A stretch of 64,000 nt of DNA from Patescibacteria group bacterium (GTDB lineage Bacteria; Patescibacteriota; Microgenomatia; UBA8517). The stretch covers positions 117,940 through 181,939 of the forward strand of contig JAOAEL010000001.1 of assembly GCA_026416845.1 (NCBI GenBank), read 5' to 3'. Each line of letters starts with the position of its first letter. The stretch's first letter is position 1. The position numbers and the translations under genes were made by a program. The notes under the pieces are model-generated. The model was not told where the DNA came from, made no database searches, and saw nothing but the letters and a program-made list of their open reading frames with translations. Positions 50,676 through 59,129 of the stretch are shown here, piece by piece.

Positions 50676-51202
50676 TCATGTATATTTGTCAGCAACTTTT
50701 GATACTTTTCAACTTTATTGTTTTGTTTTTGCCACAAATCTAATTCATTTAACTACACCAACAACCTCTTTTATCATCTTTTGCGTTAACCCAAAAAAAC
50801 CAACATCTACCTATATGCATTTCGAGCTCATACTTTGCCAAAAACGCATAGTCGTTTATTTCAAATTCAATCGCATGCGCAAGAGATAAACTAATAAGCG
50901 TTTGAGTGTATATTTTGTCTCTCAGGACTGGTTTCCTTTTGTATATTTTCTTTTTCCAAAATATCTGGCACTTTTTTATTGCGATACATAATAACAACAG
51001 TCACAAAACCAACTTCGCAAGCGCCACATCAATTATCTTTGCGCAAAAATCAGTACCAACAATAAGCTTGTAAACGCTTAACGGATCATCTTTTATAAAT
51101 AAAAATATTTCATTAATAACTCCAGCAAGCGACATCTGACCTTTTGTGGAACTAAAAAAGGCGTTTTTTGGGCTTAACTCAGAGTATAACAATTTGTTTC
51201 AT
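50676..51202 (-). pseudogene. Decayed RNase H-like YkuK/DUF458-family gene
   Basis: Fragments join into FFSSTKG..YKLIVGTD..*..LRDKIYTQT..LEMH/frameshift/VDVG..TQKMIKEVVGVVK*..FVAKTKQ*S*KVSKVADKYT*; four internal stops, and frameshifts near 51195 and 50811. Confidence 0.75.
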
Positions 51203-51266
51203 AATCCCTCAAAAACAACAACGTACATAAAAGATTATAGCTTGATTAACTAAAATCTTTGTGTTG

Positions 51267-51272
51267 TATAAT
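51267..51272 (+). promoter_or_regulatory. Putative -10 box (TATAAT) 8 nt before the galU ATG; leaderless
   Basis: TTGATT(51242)-N19-TATAATaaccaagcATG. Confidence 0.5.
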
Positions 51273-51280
51273 AACCAAGC

Positions 51281-52177
51281 ATGGCAAAATTTAACCCAAT
51301 TAAAAAAGCTGTGATTGCGGCGGCTGGATACGGCACAAGATTTCTTCCAGCGACTAAAAATCAACCAAAAGAAATGCTACCTATAATAGACAAGCCAATT
51401 ATTCAATATTTGGTGGAGGAAGCAATAGATAGTGGAATTGAAGACATTATTTTAGTGACAAGACATGGGCATTCAGCAATGGAAAATCATTTTGATTCCA
51501 ATTACGAATTGGAAGTAATGTTGGAAAGTCAAGGAAAAACGGAACTGTTGGAAAAAGTCAGAAGAGTTTCCCAAATGGCAAATGTGGTATATGTAAGACA
51601 AAGAAAACATTTGCCATACGGCAATGGAACCCCGCTTCTGACAGTAAAAGACTTAATAAGCCAAAACGAAAGATTTGTTTATATGTTTGGAGACGATTTG
51701 GTTTTATCTAAAATACCATGCACAAAACAAATCATTGATTATTCTGACAAAAAGGATGGAGCCGTTATCGCAGCTGTTCAAGAAGTGCCTTTGGAGGAAG
51801 TAAAAAGATACGGCATATACAAAATTGCCAAAGGATCAAATGATAAAGTCGAAAATGCCATAGAAAAGCCATCGCCAGAAGAGGCCCCATCACAACTTGC
51901 ACAATTTGGTAGGTTTGTGCTTAATTATGAAATCATAAATGTGCTTAATAAAAACTATAAAGAAGGGAAGCTTGGCAAGGATGGCGAGCTCTGGCTTACA
52001 GACGCGATAATATCTTACGCTCAAAAAAATCCTGTCTACGCGGCAAAAATAGATGGTGAATGGATGACAACTGGCGATCCTCTCAGGTACATGCAAGCAC
52101 AAGTAAAATTTGCGCTGGCAAGAGAAGATATAGGCAAAAGCTTTGCAGAATTCTTAAAAACTCTTAAACTCGATTAA
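51281..52177 (+). CDS. galU: UTP-glucose-1-phosphate uridylyltransferase
   Basis: KAVIAAAGYGTRFLPATKNQPKEMLPIIDKP, VYVRQ, FGDD, IEKP, GELWLTDAI. Confidence 0.93.
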   Translation: MAKFNPIKKAVIAAAGYGTRFLPATKNQPKEMLPIIDKPIIQYLVEEAIDSGIEDIILVTRHGHSAMENHFDSNYELEVMLESQGKTELLEKVRRVSQMANVVYVRQRKHLPYGNGTPLLTVKDLISQNERFVYMFGDDLVLSKIPCTKQIIDYSDKKDGAVIAAVQEVPLEEVKRYGIYKIAKGSNDKVENAIEKPSPEEAPSQLAQFGRFVLNYEIINVLNKNYKEGKLGKDGELWLTDAIISYAQKNPVYAAKIDGEWMTTGDPLRYMQAQVKFALAREDIGKSFAEFLKTLKLD

Positions 52178-52192
52178 AAAATAATCTTTTTC

Positions 52193-52456
52193 TTAGGACC
52201 TAAGCAACAAAGAAAATACAACAGTTACACCTAAAATCGCGATCATAATATACTCTGCCACAATAGAAATCTGCAAATCCCCTTTTGTGTGATGGTGAAC
52301 AATCCCCCAAGCTACATAACCAGTCGCCATAGCTATCACAACAGCCATTCTTGCGCCTAAATCGTAAGAAAACACATTAAATCCAATTACTCCAGCCAAA
52401 AGCACACCAAAAAGTGGAAGATATTGTTGAGCATATTTTGCTATTTTTTTCTTCAT
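52193..52456 (-). CDS. Small three-TM hypothetical membrane protein
   Basis: 87 aa, ATG start, three hydrophobic segments, YVAWGIVHHH motif; co-oriented with the CAP gene. Confidence 0.7.
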   Translation of the reverse strand: MKKKIAKYAQQYLPLFGVLLAGVIGFNVFSYDLGARMAVVIAMATGYVAWGIVHHHTKGDLQISIVAEYIMIAILGVTVVFSLLLRS

Positions 52457-52496
52457 ATAAAATTTGATTATTTTTTTTAATTCAATTTAACTTTTT

Positions 52497-53447
52497 TTAA
52501 AGAATCTCTCCAGCCTTGGCTACAATAATAATTACTATAATCATGACCAAAAAAGCAAAATGCGCAAAATTCTTGCCCCCTATACGCGGAACTTTTCTAA
52601 CTGCAATTAAAGCGCCATCAATAACTGTAGCAATAGACAATAAACCAACTACAATCAAGGAAACATTCTTTGTAGTGTCAAAAGGAGAAATCTTCAAAGA
52701 TGAATCTTTCTCAACCAAACCCGTAGAAGATGCGACATATACTACAACAGGTTCTGTTTCGCTTGGCGTATGAGTGGGAGTTGGAATAATAGTTGGACTT
52801 TTGACAGCAGTTTCAAATTTTGATTCAGGCAGTTTTTTCGAAACGCTATTTTTTTGAGCAACCGGCAATTGGGATGAAGATGCTTGAGTCCCAAAAAGCT
52901 GGACAATTATTGTAGTGTCAACTCCATTTAAATCACCTTCAACAACAGCAACGCCAATTTCCGTGTATTTTGGAGAAAGCAAATTTTCCTTGTGCGAAGG
53001 GGAAGCCATCCAAGCATCAACAGCAGAAACTGCATTGGCAAAATCGCGTGCCAAATTCTCGCCGGCATATTTGTAATTGTATCCAACCAAATTAAAAAAA
53101 TACCAAGGCTGAGTCCCATCAGGAGCCACATGCGCCCAATAATCATTGGCTAGCATATGCTCACCTTTTTTTCTGGCGGCTTCGGCAAGCAATGGGTTAT
53201 TCTTAAGCTCGGGCAAACCATTAGCCACACGCTTTTGATTAGAAATAGAAATCACTTCAGTAACAGATATTTGAGAAGCATACCCCAAAACACGAGCTCC
53301 TGTTTGCGGCAAGAAACTAATTATGGCTTGAACCAAAAGCAAAAATGCCAAAACATAAGTAAGAAAGCTAAAATGCAAAACTCTTGCTCTTTGATTGTTG
53401 CTATGATGTGGAGTGAAATAATGCAAAAAAAGGCTAACAAGTATCAT
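52497..53447 (-). CDS. CAP/SCP-domain membrane-anchored surface protein
   Basis: SNQKR..GLPEL, YWAH, YAGENLA, AWMASPSHKENLL, YTEIGVAV; P/T-rich linker and two C-terminal TMs. Confidence 0.9.
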   Translation of the reverse strand: MILVSLFLHYFTPHHSNNQRARVLHFSFLTYVLAFLLLVQAIISFLPQTGARVLGYASQISVTEVISISNQKRVANGLPELKNNPLLAEAARKKGEHMLANDYWAHVAPDGTQPWYFFNLVGYNYKYAGENLARDFANAVSAVDAWMASPSHKENLLSPKYTEIGVAVVEGDLNGVDTTIIVQLFGTQASSSQLPVAQKNSVSKKLPESKFETAVKSPTIIPTPTHTPSETEPVVVYVASSTGLVEKDSSLKISPFDTTKNVSLIVVGLLSIATVIDGALIAVRKVPRIGGKNFAHFAFLVMIIVIIIVAKAGEIL

Positions 53448-53592
53448 ACCTAAAATTAAAAGGCAATTTATCTATTCATATTAGTTAGATAAAAGCCAAA
53501 TGGCAACCAATAATTTTTATTACGATGTTACAAATTGATATTTTTAAGTCTACAAATGACTAACTTTGCTTTTATTTGCGCATTTAAGATAT

Positions 53593-53654
53593 GGTTGACA
53601 CAAAAACCGAAACAGGATTTAAATAAGTTAGCTTTAGCTTCTTAACTGTCAACC
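53593..53654. promoter_or_regulatory. Inverted repeat GGTTGACA...TGTCAACC; two facing TTGACA -35 boxes
   Basis: GGTTGACA 53593-53600 and TGTCAACC 53647-53654 in the divergent intergenic region. Confidence 0.35.
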
Positions 53655-53708
53655 GCTCACGGAGACATTGAGATGGTTTGTACCCTTAATTTACGGTTTG
53701 TTTTTCTC

Positions 53709-54860
53709 ATGAAGCAAATATTACTGTCCATCGCCACAATAGCCGCAATAGGAAGCATATCTTTTGGCTTGTCCTCGGCTTTTTTTTCTGACACAGAAAC
53801 TTCGCAGGCAAACTCTTTGACTGCTGGATCTTTTGACCTTTTGTTAAACGGAGGCAACAACACTTCCGCGATTGTGAACATTAATGATTTAAAACCGGGA
53901 GACAATCAAATAGTAGAAAAATCTTTGCGAATAGAAGATAACTCGGGTTATGTTTTCATGCACATAAAAGATCTGTTACCTTCTCAAGGCACGCAAACAG
54001 AACCTGAGATCTTAGAAGAAAATGGCACTCCAAAATTTGACATACAAAACTACATCAAATACGATCTTGAAGCAAACAACCAAACAATCATTTCATTAGA
54101 CAACCAAGTTTTTCTGCCGGAAGTCGTCTCTTGCTGGATACCTCTTGGAGAATTGCCAGGACAAACAAATGTTTCTGTAAAACAAAGTTTTCACTTGGAT
54201 CCGAACGTCACAAATTGGGCACAAGGAGACACGCTTAGCTTTGTTGAAGAATTTTATTCTGTTCAGAGCAGAAACAACTCCAATCCAGCTCCGCCAGTTT
54301 CTTTGACTGGAAGAATTTGGGATAAAAACATCAAAAAGTGTGTAAATTGTCCATCTGGGATTCTTTTTGCCGACGGAGTAGACAGCGCAAATACCAAACA
54401 AGGCACTTTGAAAAACGGCAATCCAATAACAGATCCAAATAGAACAAATCCTTTAAACGCAACAGGACCTAATAACTGGGTAAACGGCACAGGAACAAAC
54501 TTTTTCTCACTGGGAAAAGGAGGGTATATTACTCTGACTTTTTCATCGCCGGTGGTTAACGAACTAGGCAATGATCTTACCTTCTACGAAGCCACAAATG
54601 GCAGAGCGACATATCCTGAAGAGAAAGCGGATGTTTATGTAAGTTTTGATGGAGTCAGCTACTTTTTCATTGGCACAGTAACAAGTGAACCGGGTCCCGG
54701 TGGAGACGGCATTATGGAGTTAGATATCGCGCCTTCGGGATTGCCTTCCATAAAATATGTGCGTTTAATAGACACGACAAATTTCACTCCTCACGCAAAC
54801 AACGCTGACGGCTACGACATTGACGCGGTAAAAGCAAAAAGCGCATGTCTAAAACAATGA
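53709..54860 (+). CDS. TasA/camelysin (M73)-like protein with SipW-cognate signal peptide and C-terminal jelly-roll surface domain
   Basis: Signal ...FGLSSA|FFSDTETSQANSLTAGSFDL; DLKPGD; NWAQGDTL; C-terminal SLGKGGYITLTF..GNDL..GYDIDAV; ATG 53709. Confidence 0.85.
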   Translation: MKQILLSIATIAAIGSISFGLSSAFFSDTETSQANSLTAGSFDLLLNGGNNTSAIVNINDLKPGDNQIVEKSLRIEDNSGYVFMHIKDLLPSQGTQTEPEILEENGTPKFDIQNYIKYDLEANNQTIISLDNQVFLPEVVSCWIPLGELPGQTNVSVKQSFHLDPNVTNWAQGDTLSFVEEFYSVQSRNNSNPAPPVSLTGRIWDKNIKKCVNCPSGILFADGVDSANTKQGTLKNGNPITDPNRTNPLNATGPNNWVNGTGTNFFSLGKGGYITLTFSSPVVNELGNDLTFYEATNGRATYPEEKADVYVSFDGVSYFFIGTVTSEPGPGGDGIMELDIAPSGLPSIKYVRLIDTTNFTPHANNADGYDIDAVKAKSACLKQ

Positions 54861-54909
54861 ACAAAAAATCAAAATGGAACAAAAAAGATTTATCAATTTT
54901 CTTAAGTTA

Positions 54910-54974
54910 AAAAACTTTATCATTTTTGTCACTTCCAAGTCAAAAGCTTAAAGTGGCATGATGACAAAGTTTTT
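54910..54974 (+). promoter_or_regulatory. Long imperfect stem-loop upstream of the TasA-like gene 55013
   Basis: AAAAACTTT/AAAGTTTTT, TCAT/ATGA, TGTCACTT/AAGTGGCA (G-U pair); followed by SD GGGGGTG 54989-54995. Confidence 0.5.
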
Positions 54975-55012
54975 GCAAATCAAAAAAAGGGGGTGAAAAA
55001 AATTAAGTTTAT

Positions 55013-55933
55013 ATGAAAAAGATTTTAATAAGTTTGTTAACAATTGGCGCGGTTGGAAGCCTTGCTTTCGGAGCAACATCGGCATTTTTCTCTGATACAG
55101 AAACGTCAACAAACAACAAAATAGTCGCTGGGAAACTAGATCTGAAAGTTGATAGCACTGCCCATTATGCTGGAATGGTATGTAAAAATAATGTCTGGAC
55201 AGATGAAGATAATGATCAAACAAACAATCCAAGACCTGAACTTCTAGGTAAAACTTGTTCGGGCACTTGGACATCAACCGATCTTGGTCCAACAAATCAG
55301 TTTTTCAATTTGTCAGATGTGAAACCGGGCGACACTGGAGAAAATACGCTCAGTCTTACGGTTTTGGACAATGATGCTTGGGCATGCATTGTAATGAAAA
55401 ATCTTAAAAATGATGAAAATCAATGTACAGAGCCTGAATCTGACCCGCAAAGCGGCAACGACACAACATGCGGAAACGATCCGGTTGGAGCAGGACTGGG
55501 CGAACTTGCTCAAAATCTGTACTTTACAGCATGGTTGGACCAGGGGAATCAAGCAGGTTGGCAAAATTCAGATAATGACAATACAAATGACGATCCGGGT
55601 GAAGGAGATAACAAGTGGCAAGGTCCAACACTTGAACCTTTGTTATTCTCAAACCAACAAGGTCCCGCGTCTGATGTCCTAAATGGAAAAGTATACGCTC
55701 TGGCTGATTCCACAAACGGGAATTATTTAGCTGGTAGCGTTACTAATTACATCGGGCTTCAGTGGTGCGCTGGACAAATGACTATATCTGGAAACACTAT
55801 CAGTTGTAACGGGGCGACAATGGGCAATAATACCCAAACCGATTCCTTGACAGCGGATGTTTCCATTTATGTGGAACAACGCAGAAACAATCCGGCATTT
55901 AAATGCGCCGGGGCGAATCTGCTTCCTAATTAA
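55013..55933 (+). CDS. TasA/camelysin (M73)-like protein with SipW-cognate signal peptide, probable major fibre subunit
   Basis: ...FGATSA|FFSDTETSTNNKIVAGKLDL; DVKPGDTGE; NNTQTDSLTADV..EQRRNN; 8 Cys. Confidence 0.85.
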   Translation: MKKILISLLTIGAVGSLAFGATSAFFSDTETSTNNKIVAGKLDLKVDSTAHYAGMVCKNNVWTDEDNDQTNNPRPELLGKTCSGTWTSTDLGPTNQFFNLSDVKPGDTGENTLSLTVLDNDAWACIVMKNLKNDENQCTEPESDPQSGNDTTCGNDPVGAGLGELAQNLYFTAWLDQGNQAGWQNSDNDNTNDDPGEGDNKWQGPTLEPLLFSNQQGPASDVLNGKVYALADSTNGNYLAGSVTNYIGLQWCAGQMTISGNTISCNGATMGNNTQTDSLTADVSIYVEQRRNNPAFKCAGANLLPN

Positions 55934-55952
55934 TGATTGTTTTTCCAAAAAC

Positions 55953-55982
55953 CCCTCGGGCGAAATTTGTTTCGCCCGAGGG
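55953..55982. other. Perfect 13-bp GC-rich stem-loop after the TasA-like gene (no U-tract on + strand)
   Basis: CCCTCGGGCGAAA-TTTG-TTTCGCCCGAGGG. Confidence 0.75.
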
Positions 55983-56062
55983 AAAGGGAGAATAGTAAAA
56001 CAAAAAAAATTGCAATATATCAAATTTAAAAAATTAGGCACAAAAGTTTATGAGATCAGAAT

Positions 56063-57292
56063 ATGAAATACTTTAGGAACTTTTTTTATGTTTTCAAAAA
56101 CGCAAGTTTAATTTTGCTCTTCACAGCGGCTTCATTAATAACTCTTTCACATTTTGGGTATTTAAAAACAATTAAACCATACATTGTTCAATCAGGCTCT
56201 ATGGAACCGTCAATACCAACAGGAAGCGTGATCTTTTCTCTCCATTCCAAACTTTATCAGCCGGGAGACATAATCACTTTTTTTGCAAACGGTGATCCTA
56301 AAACTGTTGTTACACACAGGCTCAATTTCAAAATTTTTAAAGACAATCAAACTATATACATCACCTCTGGAGACGCAAACGAAGACTTTGACAAATGGGA
56401 AGTGAGATATGAGCATATAGTTGGCAAAGTTGTGGCAATCATACCACATCTTGGGCATGTGATCGATTTTGCCAAAACACCACAAGGATTTATAGCTCTT
56501 GTGGTTGTTCCTGCAACAATCGTAATCTATGAAGAACTAAAAAACCTCCTGCGAGAAATTGGCAAGCTCGTTTTGGCAATCAAAATTTTTTTTAAAAAGA
56601 AAAAGGAAGAAAATTCAAGTCTATTTAATTTCGCAAAAAGCGTCAATCTAAATAGAATTTTTGTTTTTGTGCCAATTTTAGGAGTGTTTGTCTTTATAAC
56701 CGCAAATTCCGGAGGATACTTTTTAGATACAGAAAAAAGCGCAGGGAACGTTATAGGAGTTGCAACATCGTATAATTCGCCAACAATAACACCTACCAAC
56801 TCAAACTCACCCTCGCCAACCATCTCTCCTACAAGCACACTACCACCCACAAACACAATAACCGCCACAGCAACGCCAACAACAACTCCCACAATTTCTC
56901 CTATGGTTAAGCTAAACGAAGCCGCGCCTGCAACTAATCCCGAATGGGTAGAAATTTACAACACATACCCTACTGCCGATTTTCTTAAAAATTACTGGCT
57001 TGACGATGACACTAGTTTTACAAGCGACTCAGGAAACTCCCCAAAAGTGCTAATGTCATCGCTTGACACATCGAACACTTTATTCCCAACCATAGACCTT
57101 ACAAATCCAATTTTTAACAATACCGGAGATTTTATAGTTATTTTTGATAACTTGGGAAATCTTGTGGACTCGGTTAATTACACCAGTAATTTTGGCACTA
57201 AATCCATCGGTCGAGAAATTGACGGAACAGGAATATGGAAATTCCCTTGCGCTAATTCAACAAAAGGAGCAAGCAACAACACAAAATGTTAA
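56063..57292 (+). CDS. sipW: Signal peptidase I (SipW/ER type) fused to an internal SipW-cognate signal, P/T linker and lamin-tail domain
   Basis: SGSMEP (Ser), THR (His), GDAN, IVGKV..IP.LG; third TM followed by GG|YFLDTEKSAGNVIGVA; LTD motifs VKLNE..EWVEIYN..NNTGD..VDSV..SIGR..STKGASN. Confidence 0.85.
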   Translation: MKYFRNFFYVFKNASLILLFTAASLITLSHFGYLKTIKPYIVQSGSMEPSIPTGSVIFSLHSKLYQPGDIITFFANGDPKTVVTHRLNFKIFKDNQTIYITSGDANEDFDKWEVRYEHIVGKVVAIIPHLGHVIDFAKTPQGFIALVVVPATIVIYEELKNLLREIGKLVLAIKIFFKKKKEENSSLFNFAKSVNLNRIFVFVPILGVFVFITANSGGYFLDTEKSAGNVIGVATSYNSPTITPTNSNSPSPTISPTSTLPPTNTITATATPTTTPTISPMVKLNEAAPATNPEWVEIYNTYPTADFLKNYWLDDDTSFTSDSGNSPKVLMSSLDTSNTLFPTIDLTNPIFNNTGDFIVIFDNLGNLVDSVNYTSNFGTKSIGREIDGTGIWKFPCANSTKGASNNTKC

Positions 57293-58311
57293 AAAAGATT
57301 TTTCTATTATCAATATCGACAGCGGCAATTTTAACAGTGATCTTTTGGCACAAAAACACGACAAAAAATGTCTACGCAATAGATCCTCTGATAATAACAT
57401 ACAACAATTCGCCCACACCAAATCCAGTTTTTAATGTGGCAAATTTCTTACCCGGAGACAATAAGATCGAGAAAATTAAAGTAAAAAACAATTTGCCAAG
57501 CGGAAGCTTCGGAGTCTCGGTGGATGGGATATTGGATCAAGAACAAAAAAACTTGGCAGAAATACTACAAATTACTATCACAGAAGTTGGTTTTGGGGAT
57601 ATTTATGGAGGTTCAACTGGCAAAAAAACTCTTAAACAGTTTCTGAACTCGCCACCAATTAACTTGGGAGTATTCCCATCAGGAAGTGAGAAAGAATATG
57701 AATACAAAATATTTTTCCCACATGAATCAGGCAACGAATATAAAAACGGGCATGTTGTCTTTACGCTAATTTTCAACAATTTTATAACAATTGATCTTCC
57801 AAAAGAATGCGCTCACTTGGCAAATCAAATTGTCAACGTAATTGAAGGCACTGAAGGCAATGACAACATACATTCAACCTACCTTAGCGACCTAATACTT
57901 GCCAAAGGAGGTAACGATAAAATCAGAGCTTCAAGCGGAAGCGATTGTATTGTAGCCGGAGACGGCAATGACACAATAGACGCAGGCACAGGCAATGAAG
58001 TTATTTTAGGCGGAGGAGGAAATGACAACATAAGAGGTGGTACAGGAAACGACACTATCTATGGAGGAAGCGGAAATGACAGAATCGACGCGGGAAGCGG
58101 AGACGATGTAGTCTATGGCGATGATGGAGATGACAACATAGAAGGCGGAAGCGACAAAGATAAACTATATGGCGGCAAAGGCAAAGATGACATAAGAGGC
58201 GGAAGCAACAACGACCTTTTAGACGGAGGAGAGGATTTTGACAAATTAAATGGAAATTCCGGCCAAGACACGTGCAAATTCGGCGAAGTGCTTAGTTCTT
58301 GTGAACTGTAA
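57286..58311 (+). CDS. Secreted TasA-like-domain protein with RTX Ca2+-binding repeats
   Basis: Signal ending VYA; FNVANFLPGD..IKVKN..NLG..GNEYKN TasA-like core; 16 nonapeptide repeats. Confidence 0.8.
   Translation: MLKKIFLLSISTAAILTVIFWHKNTTKNVYAIDPLIITYNNSPTPNPVFNVANFLPGDNKIEKIKVKNNLPSGSFGVSVDGILDQEQKNLAEILQITITEVGFGDIYGGSTGKKTLKQFLNSPPINLGVFPSGSEKEYEYKIFFPHESGNEYKNGHVVFTLIFNNFITIDLPKECAHLANQIVNVIEGTEGNDNIHSTYLSDLILAKGGNDKIRASSGSDCIVAGDGNDTIDAGTGNEVILGGGGNDNIRGGTGNDTIYGGSGNDRIDAGSGDDVVYGDDGDDNIEGGSDKDKLYGGKGKDDIRGGSNNDLLDGGEDFDKLNGNSGQDTCKFGEVLSSCEL
57847..58278 (+). repeat. 16 tandem RTX/hemolysin-type nonapeptide repeats (GGxGxDxLx)
   Basis: GTEGNDNIH...GGTGNDTIY GGSGNDRID...GNSGQDTCK; 27-nt period. 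Confidence 0.9.
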
Positions 58312-58379
58312 ATATCATGAAAAGTAAAATTTTATTGTTTGAATCATATTTTAAAAAATTTTTTATATATTTTCTCATT

Positions 58380-58460
58380 TTAACCTGCTTTAATTTATTT
58401 GGCGCTTATGCCGTCTAATAAATTTTGTCAGCAGGATTAAGATTAAAAAGAAAGGAGGTG
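58380..58460 (+). promoter_or_regulatory. Long 5' stem-loop and perfect SD (AAAGGAGGTG) upstream of 58471
   Basis: CCTGCT/AGCAGG, AATTTATT/AATAAATT, GGCG/CGTC pairings; SD at 58451-58460. Confidence 0.55.
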
Positions 58461-58470
58461 AAAAGAGAAA

Positions 58471-59061
58471 ATGTTACTCAAAAAGATAACAAGCAGTTTG
58501 GCAACATCTGGCGCTTTGTTGGTGTTGGCAACTGGAGCGGTATTTGCAAGCACAGATGTTACCATCTCGGGAAACGGAGAAGATTCAGTAAACACTGTGA
58601 AAGTTAACTTAACTAACACAACATCCGTTTACCAAAGCAATGCAACAAATGTCAAAAACGATGTCTCATCAAGTGCGTCAACCGGCTCAAACACCATTTC
58701 AAAAACAACAAATGGTAATGCCAAGATAGACACTGGGGACGCGACAAGCATGGTGTCTGTTATGGTTGCCGGCGGGAATAATCACCTGTCTAGCAATCCA
58801 TGCGGATGTGTAAATGGCGAAACGACAGTGACCGTCAAAAATAACGGAGCTGACTCAACCAACAAAGTAAAAGTGAAGTCTAAAAACACTTCACAACAAG
58901 GACAGCACGGAGAAACAAATGTATCAACATCTGTTTCTTCTAAAGCCAAAACCGGTAAAAATAAGGTTAAAAAAGCCACCGGTGGCAATTCTGAAGTCAA
59001 AACAGGTGACAGCGAAAGCGCCGTGTCTGTAATAGTAACCGGAGGCCATAATTATTTGTAA
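58471..59061 (+). CDS. Secreted N/G/T-rich repeat protein (2 GNGxxSxN...TGxN...TGD units), no membrane anchor
   Basis: Signal ending AVFA; two ~75-85 aa repeats joined by PCGC. Confidence 0.8.
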   Translation: MLLKKITSSLATSGALLVLATGAVFASTDVTISGNGEDSVNTVKVNLTNTTSVYQSNATNVKNDVSSSASTGSNTISKTTNGNAKIDTGDATSMVSVMVAGGNNHLSSNPCGCVNGETTVTVKNNGADSTNKVKVKSKNTSQQGQHGETNVSTSVSSKAKTGKNKVKKATGGNSEVKTGDSESAVSVIVTGGHNYL

Positions 59062-59082
59062 TGAAAGCCTAACGGTTTAATC

Positions 59083-59116
59083 AAAAAACCTCCTGCCTAA
59101 GCGTAGGGGGTTTTTT
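59083..59116. terminator. Bidirectional rho-independent terminator between convergent operons
   Basis: AAAAAA-CCTCCTGC-CTAAGC-GTAGGGGG-TTTTTT. Confidence 0.8.
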
Positions 59117-59129
59117 ATTTTTAGATAAA

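Noticed and set aside
50676-51202. TGA-to-Gly recoding (code 25) as an explanation for the in-frame TGAs
   Set aside because: A TAA stop and frameshifts are also present, and many intact genes in the window end in TGA.
56527-56892. Val/Gly-rich hydrophobic ORF on the - strand
   Set aside because: It is the antisense shadow of the P/T linker of the SipW fusion.
57847-58278. 27-nt periodic DNA as a CRISPR array or DGR repeat
   Set aside because: These are coding RTX repeats with no spacers; no cas or reverse transcriptase gene is in the window.
42717-58311. MacAB as the type I secretion route for the RTX protein
   Set aside because: MacB-type rather than HlyB-type, no TolC nearby, 12 kb away, and the RTX protein has its own N-terminal signal.
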